64,000 nt of DNA from Zootoca vivipara (Eukaryota). Of this stretch, positions 37,301 through 48,362 are shown in pieces; the first letter of the stretch is position 1; every line of letters begins with the position of its first letter. The stretch is taken from the NCBI RefSeq assembly GCF_963506605.1, contig NC_083288.1, forward strand, positions 53,692,001-53,756,000, written 5' to 3'. The position numbers and the translations under genes are program-made. The notes below the pieces were generated by a model, which saw nothing but the letters and a program-made list of their open reading frames with translations, searched no databases and was not told the origin of the DNA.

Positions 37301-40300
37301 TGGAAGAACTAGACATCACTGTGTACTCAGATGAGGTTCCTTGTGGTGTAGTCTGCTTCACTTGCTCAGTGGGTGTGTTTGTGCTTGAGGTTAGTGTGGG
37401 TGCAGTTGTCTCAGAAGGCTCAGAACTGGAAGTAAAAGGAGTAATGGATGGAGTAGGGGTCGTACTCTCAGCAGTAGTGTTTGTAGTTTCAGAGGTCAAC
37501 TCGATGGAGGAGGCAGACATTGTTGACTGAGAAGACAGCTGTTTAGTGGAGGGTTGCTCAGTGGTGGAAGAACTAGACATCACTGTGTACTCAGATGAGG
37601 TTTCTTGTGGTGTAGTCTGCTTCACGTGCTCAGTGGGTGCATTTGTGCTTAAAGATAGGAAGGGTGCAGTCGTCTCAGAAGGCTCAGAACTGGAAGTAAA
37701 AGGAGTCATGGATGGAGTGGGTGTTGTACTCTCAGTAGTAGTGCTTGTAGTTTCAGAGGTCAACTCACTGGAGGATATGGACAATGTTGACTGAGAAGAC
37801 AGCTGTTTTGTGGAGGGTTGCTCAGTGGTGGAAGAACTAGACATCACTGTGTACTCAGATGAGGTTCCTTGTGGTGTAGTCTGCTTGAAGTGCTCAGTGG
37901 GTGTGTTTGTGCTTGAAGTTAGTGTGGGTGCAGTTGTCTCAGAAGGCTCAGAACTGGAAGTAAAAGGAGTAATGGATGGAGTAGGTGTCGTACTCACAGT
38001 AGTAGTGTTTGTAGTTTCAGAGGTCATCTCGATGGAGGAGGCAGACATTGTTGACTGAGAAAACAGCTCTTTTGTGGAGGGTTGCTCAGGGGTGGAAGAA
38101 ATAGACATAACTGTGTACTCAGATGAGGTTTCTTGTGGTGTAGTCTGCTTGAAGTGCTCAGTGGGTGTGTTTGTGCTTGAAGTTAGTGTGGGTGCAGTTG
38201 TCTCAGAAGGCTTGGAACTCGAAGTAAAAGGAGTCACGGATGGAGTGGGTGTTGTACTCTCAGTAGTAGTGCTTGTACTTTCAGAGATCAACTCACTGGA
38301 GGATATGGACAATGTTGACTGAGAAGACACCTCTGTTGTGGAGGGTTGCTCAGTGGTGGAAGAACTAGACATCACTGTGTACTCAGATGAGGTTCCTTGT
38401 GGTGTAGTCTGCTTCACGTGCTCAGTGGGTGTGTTTGTTCTTGAAGTTAGTGTGGGTGCAGTCGTCTCAGAAGGCTCAGAACTGGAAGTAAAAGGAGTCA
38501 TGGATGGAGTGGGTGTTGTACTCTCAGTAGTAGTGCTTGTAGTTTCAGAGGTCAACTCACTGGGGGATATGGACAATGTTGACTGAGAAGACAGCTGTTT
38601 TGTGGAGGGTTGCTCAGTGGTGGAAGAAAAAGACATCACTGTGTACTCAGATGAGGTTCCTTGTGGTGTAGTCTGCTTCACTTGCTCAGTGGGTGTGTTT
38701 GTGCTTGAAGTTAGTGTGGGTGCAGTTGTCTCAGAAGGCTCAGAACTGGAAGTAAAAGGAGTAATGGATGGAGTAGGTGTCGTACTCGCAGTAGTAGTGT
38801 TTGTAGTTTCAGAGGTCATCTCGATGGAGGAGGCAGACATTGTTGACTGAGAAAACAGCTCTTTTGTGGAGGGTTGCTCATGGGTGGAAGAACTAGACAT
38901 CACTGTGTACTCAGATGAGGTTTCTTGTGGTGTAGTGTGCTTGAAGTGCTCAGTGGGTGTGTTGGTGCTTAAAGATAGGAAGGGTGCAGTCGTCTCAGAA
39001 GGCTCAGAACTGGAAGTAAAAGGAGTCATGGATGGAGTGGGTGTTGTACTCTCAGTAGTAGTGCTTGTAGTTTCAGAGGTCAACTCACTGGAGGATATGG
39101 ACAATGTTGACTGAGAAGACACCTCTGTTGTGGATGATTGTTCAGGGGTGGAAGAACTAGACATCACTGTGTACTCAGATGAGGTTCCTTGTGGTGTAGT
39201 CTGCTTGAAGTGCTCAGTGGGTGTGTTTGTGCTTGAAGTTAGTGTGGGTGCAGTTGTCTCAGAAGGCTCAGAACTGGAAGTAAAAGGAGTAATGGATGGA
39301 GTAGGTGTCGTACTCACAGTAGTAGTGTTTGTAGTTTCAGAGGTCAACTCGATGGAGGAGGCAGACATTGTTGACTGAGAAGACACCTCTGTTGTGGATG
39401 ATTGTTCAGGGGTGGAAGAACTAGACATCACTGTGTACTCAGATGAGGTTCCTTGTGGTGTAGTCTGCTTCACGTTCTCAGTGGGTGTGTTTGTGTTAGA
39501 AGTTAGTGTGGGTGCAGTTGTCTCAGAAGGCTGAGAACTGGAAGTAAAAGGAGTCACGGATGGAGTGGGTGTTGTACTCTCAGTAGTAGTGCTTGTACTT
39601 TCAGAGATCAACTCACTGGAGGATATGGACAATGTTGACTGAGAAGACACCTCTGTTGTGGAGGGTTGCTCAGTGGTGGAAGAACTAGACATCACTGTGT
39701 ACTCAGATGAGGTTCCTTGTGCTGTAGTCTGCTTGAAGTGCTCAGTGGGTGTGTTGGTGCTTGAAGTTAGTGTGGGTGCAGTTGTCTCAGAAGGCTTGGA
39801 ACTCGAAGTAAAAGGAGTCACGGATGGAGTGGGTGTTGTACTCTCAGTAGTAGTGCTTGTACTTTCAGAGATCAACTTACTGGAGGATATGTACAATGTT
39901 GACTGAGAAGACACCTCTGTTGTAGAGGGTTGCTCAGTGGTGGAAGAACTAGACATCTCTGTGTACTCAGATGAGGTTCCTTGTGGTGTCGTCTGCTTCA
40001 CGTGCTCAGTGGGTGTGTTTGTGCTTGAAGTTAGTGTGGGTGCGGTTGTCTCAGAAGGCTGAGAACTGGAAGTAAAAGGAGTAATGGATGGAGTAGGTGT
40101 CGTACGCTCAGTAGTAGTGTTTGTTGTTTCAGAGGTCAACTCGATGGAGGAGGCAGACATTGTTGACTGAGAAAACAGCTCTTTTGTGGAGGGTTGCTCA
40201 GTGGTGGAAGAAATAGACATAACTGTGTACTCAGATGAGGTTTCTTGTGGTGTAGTCTGCTTGAAGTGCTCAGTGGGTGTGTTTGTGCTTGAAGTTAGTG

Positions 40301-43300
40301 TGGGTGCAGTTGTCTCAGAAGGCTTGGAACTCGAAGTAAAAGGAGTCACGGATGGAGTGGGTGTTGTACTCTCAGTAGTAGTGCTTGTACTTTCAGAGAT
40401 CAACTCACTGGAGGATATGGACAATGTTGACTGAGAAGACACCTCTGTTGTGGAGGGTTGCTCAGTGGTGGAAGAACTAGACATCACTGTGTACTCAGAT
40501 GAGGTTCCTTGTGGTGTAGTCTGCTTCACTTGCTCAGTGGGTGTGTTTGTGCTTGAGGTTAGTGTGGGTGCAGTTGTCTCAGAAGGCTCAGAACTGGAAG
40601 TAAAAGGAGTAATGGATGGAGTAGGGGTCGTACTCTCAGCAGTAGTGTTTGTAGTTTCAGAGGTCAACTCGATGGAGGAGGCAGGCATTGTTGACTGAGA
40701 AGACAGCTGTTTAGTGGAGGGTTGCTCAGTGGTGGAAGAACTAGACATAACTGTGTACTCAGATGAGGTTTCTTGTGGTGTAGTCTGCTTCACGTGCTCA
40801 GTGGGTGCATTTGTGCTTAAAGATAGGAAGGGTGCAGTCGTCTCAGAAGGCTCAGAACTGGAAGTAAAAGGAGTCATGGATGGAGTGGGTTTTGTACTCT
40901 CAGTAGTAGTGCTTGTAGTTTCAGAGGTCAACTCACTGGAGGATATGGACAATGTTGACTGAGAAGACACCTCTGTTGTGGATGATTGTTCAGGGGTGGA
41001 AGAACTAGACATCACTGTGTACTCAGATGAGGTTCCTTGTGGTGAAGTCTGCTTCACGTGCTCAGTGGGTGTGCTTGTGCTTAAGGTTAGTGTGGGTGCA
41101 GTTGTCTCAGAAGGCTCAGAACTGGAAGTAAAAGGAGTCATGGATGGAGTAGATGTCATAGACTCAGTAGAAGGGCTTGTAGTTTCAGAGGTCAACTCAC
41201 TGGAGGAGGCAGAGAATGTTGACTGAGAAAACACCTCTGATGTAGATGGTTGCTCAGTGGTGGAAGAACTAGACATCACTTTGTACTCCGATGAGGATCC
41301 TTGTGGTGAAGTCTGCTTCACGTGCTCAGTGGATGTGCTTGTGCTTGAAGCTAGTGTGGATGTAATTGTCTCAGACAGCTGAGAACTGGAAGTAAAAGGA
41401 GTCATGGATGGAGTAGGTGTTGTACTCTCAGTAGTAGTTCTTGTAGTTTCAGAGGTCAACTCACTGGAGGAGGCAGACAATGTTGACGGGGAAAACACTT
41501 CTGTTGTGGGTGGTTGCTCAGTGGTGGAAGAACTAGACATCACTGTGTACTCAGATGAGGTTCCTTGTGGTGTAGTCTGCTTGAAGTGCTCAATGGGTGA
41601 GCTTGTGCTTGAAGCTAGTGTGGATGGAGTTGTCTCAGACGGCTCAGAACTGGAAGTAAAAGGAGTCATGGATGGAGTAGGTGTTGTACTCTCAGTAGTA
41701 GTGCTTGTAGTTTTAGACGTCAACTCACTGGAGGACGCAGACAATGTTGACGGAGAAAACACCTCTGTTGTGGGTGGTTGCTCAGTGGTGGAAGAACTGG
41801 ACATCACTGTGTACTCAGATGAAGTTCGTTCTGGTGAAGTCTGCTTCACATGCTCAGTGGGTGTGCTTGTGCTTGAAGCTACTGTGGATGTAGTTGTCTC
41901 AGACGGCTCATAACTGGAAGTAAAAGGAGTTCTGGATGAAGTAGGTGTTGTACTCTCAGTAGTAGTCATTTGAGTTTCAGCGGTCAACTCACTGGAGGAG
42001 GCAGAAAATGTTGACTGAGATAATACCTCTGAAGTGGATGATTGTTCAGTGGTGGAAGAACTGGACATCACTGTGTACTTAGATGAGGTTCCTTGTGGTG
42101 AAGTGGGCTTCACGTGCTCACTGGGTGTGCTTGTGCTTGAAGCTACTGTGGATGTAGTTGTCTCAGACAGCTCAGAACTGGAAGTAAAAGGAGTCATGGA
42201 TGGAGTAGGTGTCGTACGCTCAGTAGTAGTGATTTGAGTTTCAGAGGTCAACTCACTGGAGGAGGCAGACAATGCTGACGGAGAAAACACCTCTGTTGTG
42301 GGTGGTTGCTCAGTGGTGGAAGAACTAGACATCACTGTGTACTCAGATGAGGTTCCTTGTGGTGTAGTCTGCTTGAAGTGCTCAATGGGTGAGCTTGTGC
42401 TTGAAGCTACTGTGGATGGAGTTGTCTCAGACGGCTCAGAACTGGAAGTAAAAGGAGTTCTGGATGAAGTAGGTGTTGTACTCTCAGTAGTAGTGATTTG
42501 AGTTTCAGAGGTAAACTCACTGGAGGAGGGAGACAATGAGGATCCTTGTGGTGAAGTCTGCTTCACAAACTCAGTGGGTGTGTTTGTGCTTGAAGTTAGT
42601 GTGGGTGCAGTCGTCTCAGAAGGCTCAGAACTGGAAGTAAAAGGAGTAATGGATGGAGTAGGTGTCGTACTCTCAGTAGTAATGTTCGCAGTTTCAGAGG
42701 TCAACTCACTGGAGGAGGCAGACATTGTTGACTGAGAAGACGCCTCTGTTGTGGATGATTGTTCAGTGGTGGAAGAACTTAACATCACTGTGTACTCAGA
42801 TGAGGTTCCTTGTGGTGAAGTCTGCTTGAAGTGCTCAATGGGTGTGCTTGTGCTTGAAGCTAGTGTGGATGTAGTTGTCTCAGACAGCTCAGAACTGGAA
42901 GTAAAAGGAGTCATGGATGGAGTATATGTTGTACTCTCAGTAGTAGTGCTTGTAGTTTTAGACGTCAACTCACTGGAGGACGCAGACAATGTTGACGGAG
43001 AAAACACCTCTGTTGCGGGTGGTTGCTCAGTGGTGGAAGAACTGGACATCACTGTGTACTCAGATGAAGTTCGTTCTGGTGAAGTCTGCTTCACATGCTC
43101 AGTGGGTGTGCTTGTGCTTGAAGCTACTGTGGATGTAGTTGTCTCAGACGGCTCATAACTGGAAGTAAAAGGAGTTCTGGATGAAGTAGGTGTTGTACTC
43201 TCAGTAGTAGTCATTTGAGTTTCAGCGGTCAACTCACTGGAGGAGGCAGAAAATGTTGACTGAGATAATACCTCTGAGGTGGATGATTGTTCAGTGGTGG

Positions 43301-46300
43301 AAGAACTGGACATCACTGTGTACTTAGATGAGGTTCCTTGTGGTGAAGTGGGCTTCACGTGCTCACTGGGTGTGCTTGTGCTTGAAGCTACTGTGGATGT
43401 AGTTGTCTCAGACAGCTCAGAACTGGAAGTAAAAGGAGTCATGGATGGAGTAGGTGTCGTACGCTCAGTAGTAGTGATTTGAGTTTCAGAGGTCAACTCA
43501 CTGGAGGAGGCAGACAATGCTGACGGAGAAAACACCTCTGTTGTGGGTGGTTGCTCAGTGGTGGAAGAACTAGACATCACTGTGTACTCAGATGAGGTTC
43601 CTTGTGGTGTAGTCTGCTTGAAGTGCTCAATGGGTGAGCTTGTGCTTGAAGCTACTGTGGATGGAGTTGTCTCAGACGGCTCAGAACTGGAAGTAAAAGG
43701 AGTTCTGGATGAAGTAGGTGTTGTACTCTCAGTAGTAGTCATTTGAGTTTCAGCGGTCAACTCACTGGAGGAGGCAGAAAATGTTGACTGAGATAATACC
43801 TCTGAGGTGGATGATTGTTCAGTGGTGGAAGAACTGGACATCACTGTGTACTTAGATGAGGTTCCTTGTGGTGAAGTGGGCTTCACGTGCTCACTGGGTG
43901 TGCTTGTGCTTGAAGCTACTGTGGATGTAGTTGTCTCAGACAGCTCAGAACTGGAAGTAAAAGGAGTCATGGATGGAGTAGGTGTCGTACGCTCAGTAGT
44001 AGTGCTTGTAGTTTTAGACGTCAACTCACTGGAGGAGGCAGACAATGTTGACGGAGAAAACACCTCTGTTGCGGGTGGTTGCTCAGTGGTGGAAGAACTA
44101 GACATCACTGTGTACTCAGATGAGGTTCCTTGTGGTGTAGTCTGCTTGAAGTGCTCAGTGGGTGTGCTTGTGCTTGAAGCTACGGTGGATGTAGTTGTCT
44201 CAGACGGCTCAGAACTGGAAGTAAAAGGAGTTCTGGATGAAGTAGGTGTTGTACTCTCAGTAGTAGTGATTTGAGTTTCAGCGGTCAACTCACTGGAGGA
44301 GTCAGAAAATGTTGACTGAGATAATACCTCTGATGTGGATGATTGCTCAGTGGTGGAAGAACTGAACATCACTGTATACTCAGATGAGGTTTCTTGTTGT
44401 GTAGTCTGCTTCACGTGCTCAGTGGGTGTGCTTGTGCTTGAAGCTAGTGTGGATGTAATTGTCTCAGACAGCTGAGAACTGGAAGTAAAAGGAGTCATGG
44501 ATAGAGTAGGTGTTGTACTCTCAGTAGTAGTACTTGTAGTTTCAGAGGTCAACTCACTGGAGGAGTCAGAAAATGTTGACTGAGATAATACCTCTGATGT
44601 TGATGATTGCTCAGTGGTGGAAGAACTGAACATCACTGTGTACTCAGATGAGGTTTCTTGTGGTGTAGTCTGCTTCACGTGCTCAGTGGGTGTGCTTGTG
44701 CTTGAAGCAAGTGTGGATGTAATTGTCTCAGACAGCTGAGAACTGGAAGTAAAAGGAGTCATGGATAGAGTAGGTGTTGTACTCTCAGTAGTAGTACTTG
44801 TAGTTTCAGAGGTCAACTCACTGGAGGAGGCAGCGAATGTTGACTGAGAAGACACCTCTGAAGTGGATGATTGTTCAGTGGTGGAAGAACTGGACATCAC
44901 TGTGTACTCAGATGAAGTTCCTTGTGGTGAAGTCTGTTTCATGTGCTCAGTGAGTGTGCTTGTGCTTGAAGCTAGTGTGGATGTAATTGTCTCAGAAGGC
45001 TCAGAACTGGAAGTAAAAGGAGTCATGGATGGAGTATATGTTGTACTCTCAGTAGTAGTGCTTGTAGTTTTAGACGTCAACTCACTGGAGGACGCAGACA
45101 ATGTTGACGGAGAAAACACCTCTGTTGTGGGTGGTTGCTCAGTGGTGGAAGAACTGGACATCACTGTGTACTCAGATGAGGTTCGTTGTGGTGTAGTCTG
45201 CTTCACGTTCTCAGTGGGTGTGCTTGTGCTTGAAGCTACTGTGGATGTAGTTGTCTCAGACAGCTCAGAACTGGAAGTAAAAGGAGTTCTGGATGAAGTA
45301 GGTGTTGTACTCTCAGTAGTAGTGATTTGAGTTTCAGCGGTCAACTCACTGGAGGAGTCAGAAAATGTTGACTGAGATAATACCTCTGATGTTGATGATT
45401 GCTCATTGGTGGAAGAACTGAACATCACTGTGTACTCAGATGAGGTTTCTTGTTGTGTAGTCTGCTTCACGTGCTCAGTGGGTGTGCTTGTGCTTGAAGC
45501 TAGTGTGGATGTAATTGTCTCAGACAGCTGAGAACTGGAAGTAAAAGGAGTCATGGATAGAGTAGGTGTTGTACTCTCAGTAGTAGTACTTGTAGTTTCA
45601 GAGGTCAACTCACTGGAGGAGGCAGCGAATGTTGACTGAGAAGACACCTCTGAAGTGGATGATTGTTCAGTGGTGGAAGAACTAGACATCACTGTGTACT
45701 CAGATGAGGTTCCTTGTGGTGTAGTCTGCTTGAAGTGCTCAATGGGTGTGCTTGTGCTTGAAGCTAGTGTGGATGTTGTTGTCTCAGACAGCTCAGAACT
45801 GGAAGTAAAAGGAGTCATGGATGGAGTAGGTGTTGTACTCTCAGTAGTAGTACTTGTAGTTTCAGAGGTCAACTCACTGGAGGAGGCAGAGAGTGTTGAC
45901 TGAGAAGACACCTCTGTTGTGGATGATTGCTCAGTGGTGGAAGAACTAGACATCATTCTGTACTCAGATGAGGTCCCATGTGGTGTACTCTGCTTCAAGT
46001 GCTCAGTGGGTGGGTGGGTGCTTGAAGATAGGACCGGTGCAATTGTCTCAGAACGCTCAGGACTGGAGGTAGAAGGGGTCTTGGATGGAGTAGGTGTTGT
46101 AGTCTCACTAGTTGTAACTGTAGTTTGAGTTTTCAGATCACTGGATGAGGTAGAGAATACTGATTGAGAAGAAAGGTGTTTTGTGGATGGTTGCTCAGTG
46201 GTGGAAGAACTAGACATCCCTGTGTACTCCGATGACGTTCCATGTGGGTGGGTGTTTGAAGATCGGTCGGGTGCAGTGGTCTCAGATGGTTGAGGACTAT

Positions 46301-46396
46301 CGGTAGAACTGGTATTTGATGGAGTAGGTGTTGTAGTCTCACTAGGTGTGGTTGGAGAAGTCACCTCACTGGACCCGGATGCAGTTGTTGCGGTCT
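25379..46396 (-). CDS. Giant PTS (Ser/Thr/Pro-rich) exon of a MUC3/MUC12/MUC17-family transmembrane mucin, about 21.0 kb / about 7,006 codons
   Basis: Uninterrupted 7052-aa ORF; GTAAGT donor at 25378 (phase 1). The best phase-1 acceptor ccacag gives a start at 46396; the 5' boundary is less certain, and an in-frame stop lies at 46416-46418. Confidence 0.9.
25860..46320 (-). repeat. Coding tandem array, 264-bp / 88-aa unit, about 77 copies
   Basis: Antisense shadow ORFs recur every 264 bp; consensus close to QTTPQGTSSEYTVMSSSSTTEQPSTTEVSSQSTLSISSSELTSETTSTTTESTTPTPSMTPFTSSSEPSETTAPTLTSSTNTPTEHVK. Confidence 0.97.
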
Positions 46397-46559
46397 CTGT
46401 GGATGATAAATTGTTCTACAGATTACCTTTCTTTGTAGTGTAATTAATGAATGAATTGTGTAAATCAGTATATTCATCATGCAGGCCAAAACACACTCCC
46501 CAGGAAGAGAGAGCCCCCACACAGAATCATGCAGCTGAGTGGCCCCTCCCCCCCAATTG

Positions 46560-47595
46560 GTCAGCATATCCCTGTGACTGTTTTGATCCCCCTTCCTGTA
46601 CCCTCCTCCTCCCCCCACCCCTCAGGTCATCCCTGTGACTCCTCCCACCCCCACCCTGTATCCTCCCGGTTCATCCCTGTGACTCCTGGTGGGGTCCAGT
46701 CTACCTCTGATGGGGGTGCTGGGGTTTCGGTGCGGTCCGGTCTGTTTGGTTGTAGTGGAGGAGGCGGGTATCCTGGCCTCCGTTGTGTAGGTGGTGGCGT
46801 CGGGGTCTGGTCTGTGGCCTGACCTGGCCCCCGGGAGCTCCAGGGGGTGGGGGGGTTCTGGAGCGGGGTTTTTTGGGGAGGGCTGGAGGCTGTCGTCAGG
46901 AGATCTGTGGGGTGGGGTGGTCTCGGGGTGGGTTCGTGGTGGCGGCGGCATGATCTCCGGGGAGTCTGGGGTGGTCTGGTCTCAGGGCGGCGTGGTCCCT
47001 GGCGGCGGCAGCAGAAGCATCTCTGGGGTGCACGTGAGTCCGCCTCGGCCTGGTCTCGTGGTGGACTGTTCTGTGGTGTCGGCAGGATCTTCGGGGTGGG
47101 CGGGGAATGGGGATCAGCCTGGTCTTGGGGCGGCCTGCTCCGTGGCGTTGGCGTGATCTCCGGGGGGTTGGGGAGGTGGGTGGCCTTGGGTTGGCCTGGT
47201 CCTTTGTGGGGACGCGATCTCCAGTACGGGGGAGGGCTTTACAGCGGCCTATTCCGTGGGCGGTCTGGGATGGGGATCGGCCTGGTCTCGGGGTGGGTGT
47301 GGTCTATGGGATGGGTTGTGTGTCGGGGTGGTGGGGGTCGATGGGGAGTGGGTGGGATTGTGGAAGTATTTTTGTCATGTTTGAGTTAGATGTCCACTGG
47401 AGGGCGCATATTTAATACAAAAATCCAGGTTTTTTTTACCTGTCCTAGGTGAGTTCTATCCAATGTAAGTGTATGGAAACACTCCTGTAGGGGAATGTGA
47501 GGTTGTGGCCAAATTTGAGAACAATCGGGTAAGCGGTTTTGGAGAACATTGTGCTTTAACAAACATGGACCTTCTACATTTATATATATATAGAT
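46560..47595 (+). mobile_element. G/CpG-rich low-complexity insert ending in a Helitron/Helentron-like non-autonomous terminus
   Basis: Right end ...gccaaatttgagaacaatcgg...cggttttggag...aacaaaca...catttatatatatatagat resembles such termini; the left boundary is unresolved. Confidence 0.45.
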
Positions 47596-47692
47596 TAAGT
47601 AGCCCAGACCATCTCACCGGCTGCTCACTGGTGGAAGAACTAGATGTCTCTGTGGGCTCATTTGAGGTCTCTTCTTGTATACTATGCCTCGA

Positions 47693-48352
47693 GGGAGGGA
47701 GGCTGAGGGAGGGGTGTTTGCAAGGGCATTTAGCAGGGGAGTTTAAGGGGGAAGCCCAGAGTTCTGTCTCTTGGTGTACACAGGACCAGAGACATGGAGG
47801 ATGAGGGAGCTGCTGCAGTGACGTGCAACACCTGTGCCATGTTTGTCATTCTACCAGAGAACAAGAAACAGTAAACTTGTAGCCAAGTGCAAGCTGGTTG
47901 TCTTGCTGGAAGAGAAGTTGCAGCAACTTGAGGCCTGCCTAGCCACACTTCAAGCAACAGGACAACATGCAGAGTTACTTGATAGAGCTGAGTTGACTGA
48001 GATTGAGCACCAAGAGAGATGGGGTGTCCCCAAGTGGAGAAAGATTGTCCATTGCAAGAGTCTAACCCCTGGAGGAATGTGACGCACAGAAGTAGGACAG
48101 TCACAAATCACACTTGGTCATTAGAGTTGCAAAATCGCTTCCATGCTCTCACCTTGAACACCAATTATGGGCCAGAGGAGCTAAGACAGCAGCTGCCAAC
48201 CTCAGAAGACACGAAGGTGGCTGTGAAAGCTACAGTGCACAGAACGATCAATACGAGACAAGAGGAGATGGATTTTCCCATTCTTAATCTAACCCCATCA
48301 GATCCAATGCTACTATGGATGAGTCCGCTAACGCACTTGCTACCTTCTGCGG
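47693..48352 (+). mobile_element. CR1 5'UTR/ORF1 fragment (host of the BovB insertion)
   Basis: MEDEGAAAVTCNTCAMFVILPE...KCKLVVLLEEKLQQLEACLATL...LELQNRF, a CR1 ORF1 zinc-finger/coiled-coil pattern, frameshifted. Confidence 0.75.
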
Positions 48353-48362
48353 AGACGACATT

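Noticed and set aside
25756-46128. Dozens of 82-aa Val/Glu/Gly-rich plus-strand ORFs resembling a peptide-gene array or CRISPR-like repeat
   Set aside because: They are antisense shadows of the 264-bp mucin repeat, mostly with GTG starts; there are no unique spacers or cas genes, and the DNA is vertebrate.
46622-47389. Pro/Thr-rich minus-strand ORF as an extra mucin exon
   Set aside because: A stop lies shortly upstream in frame, there are no convincing splice sites, and its composition follows from G-rich low complexity.
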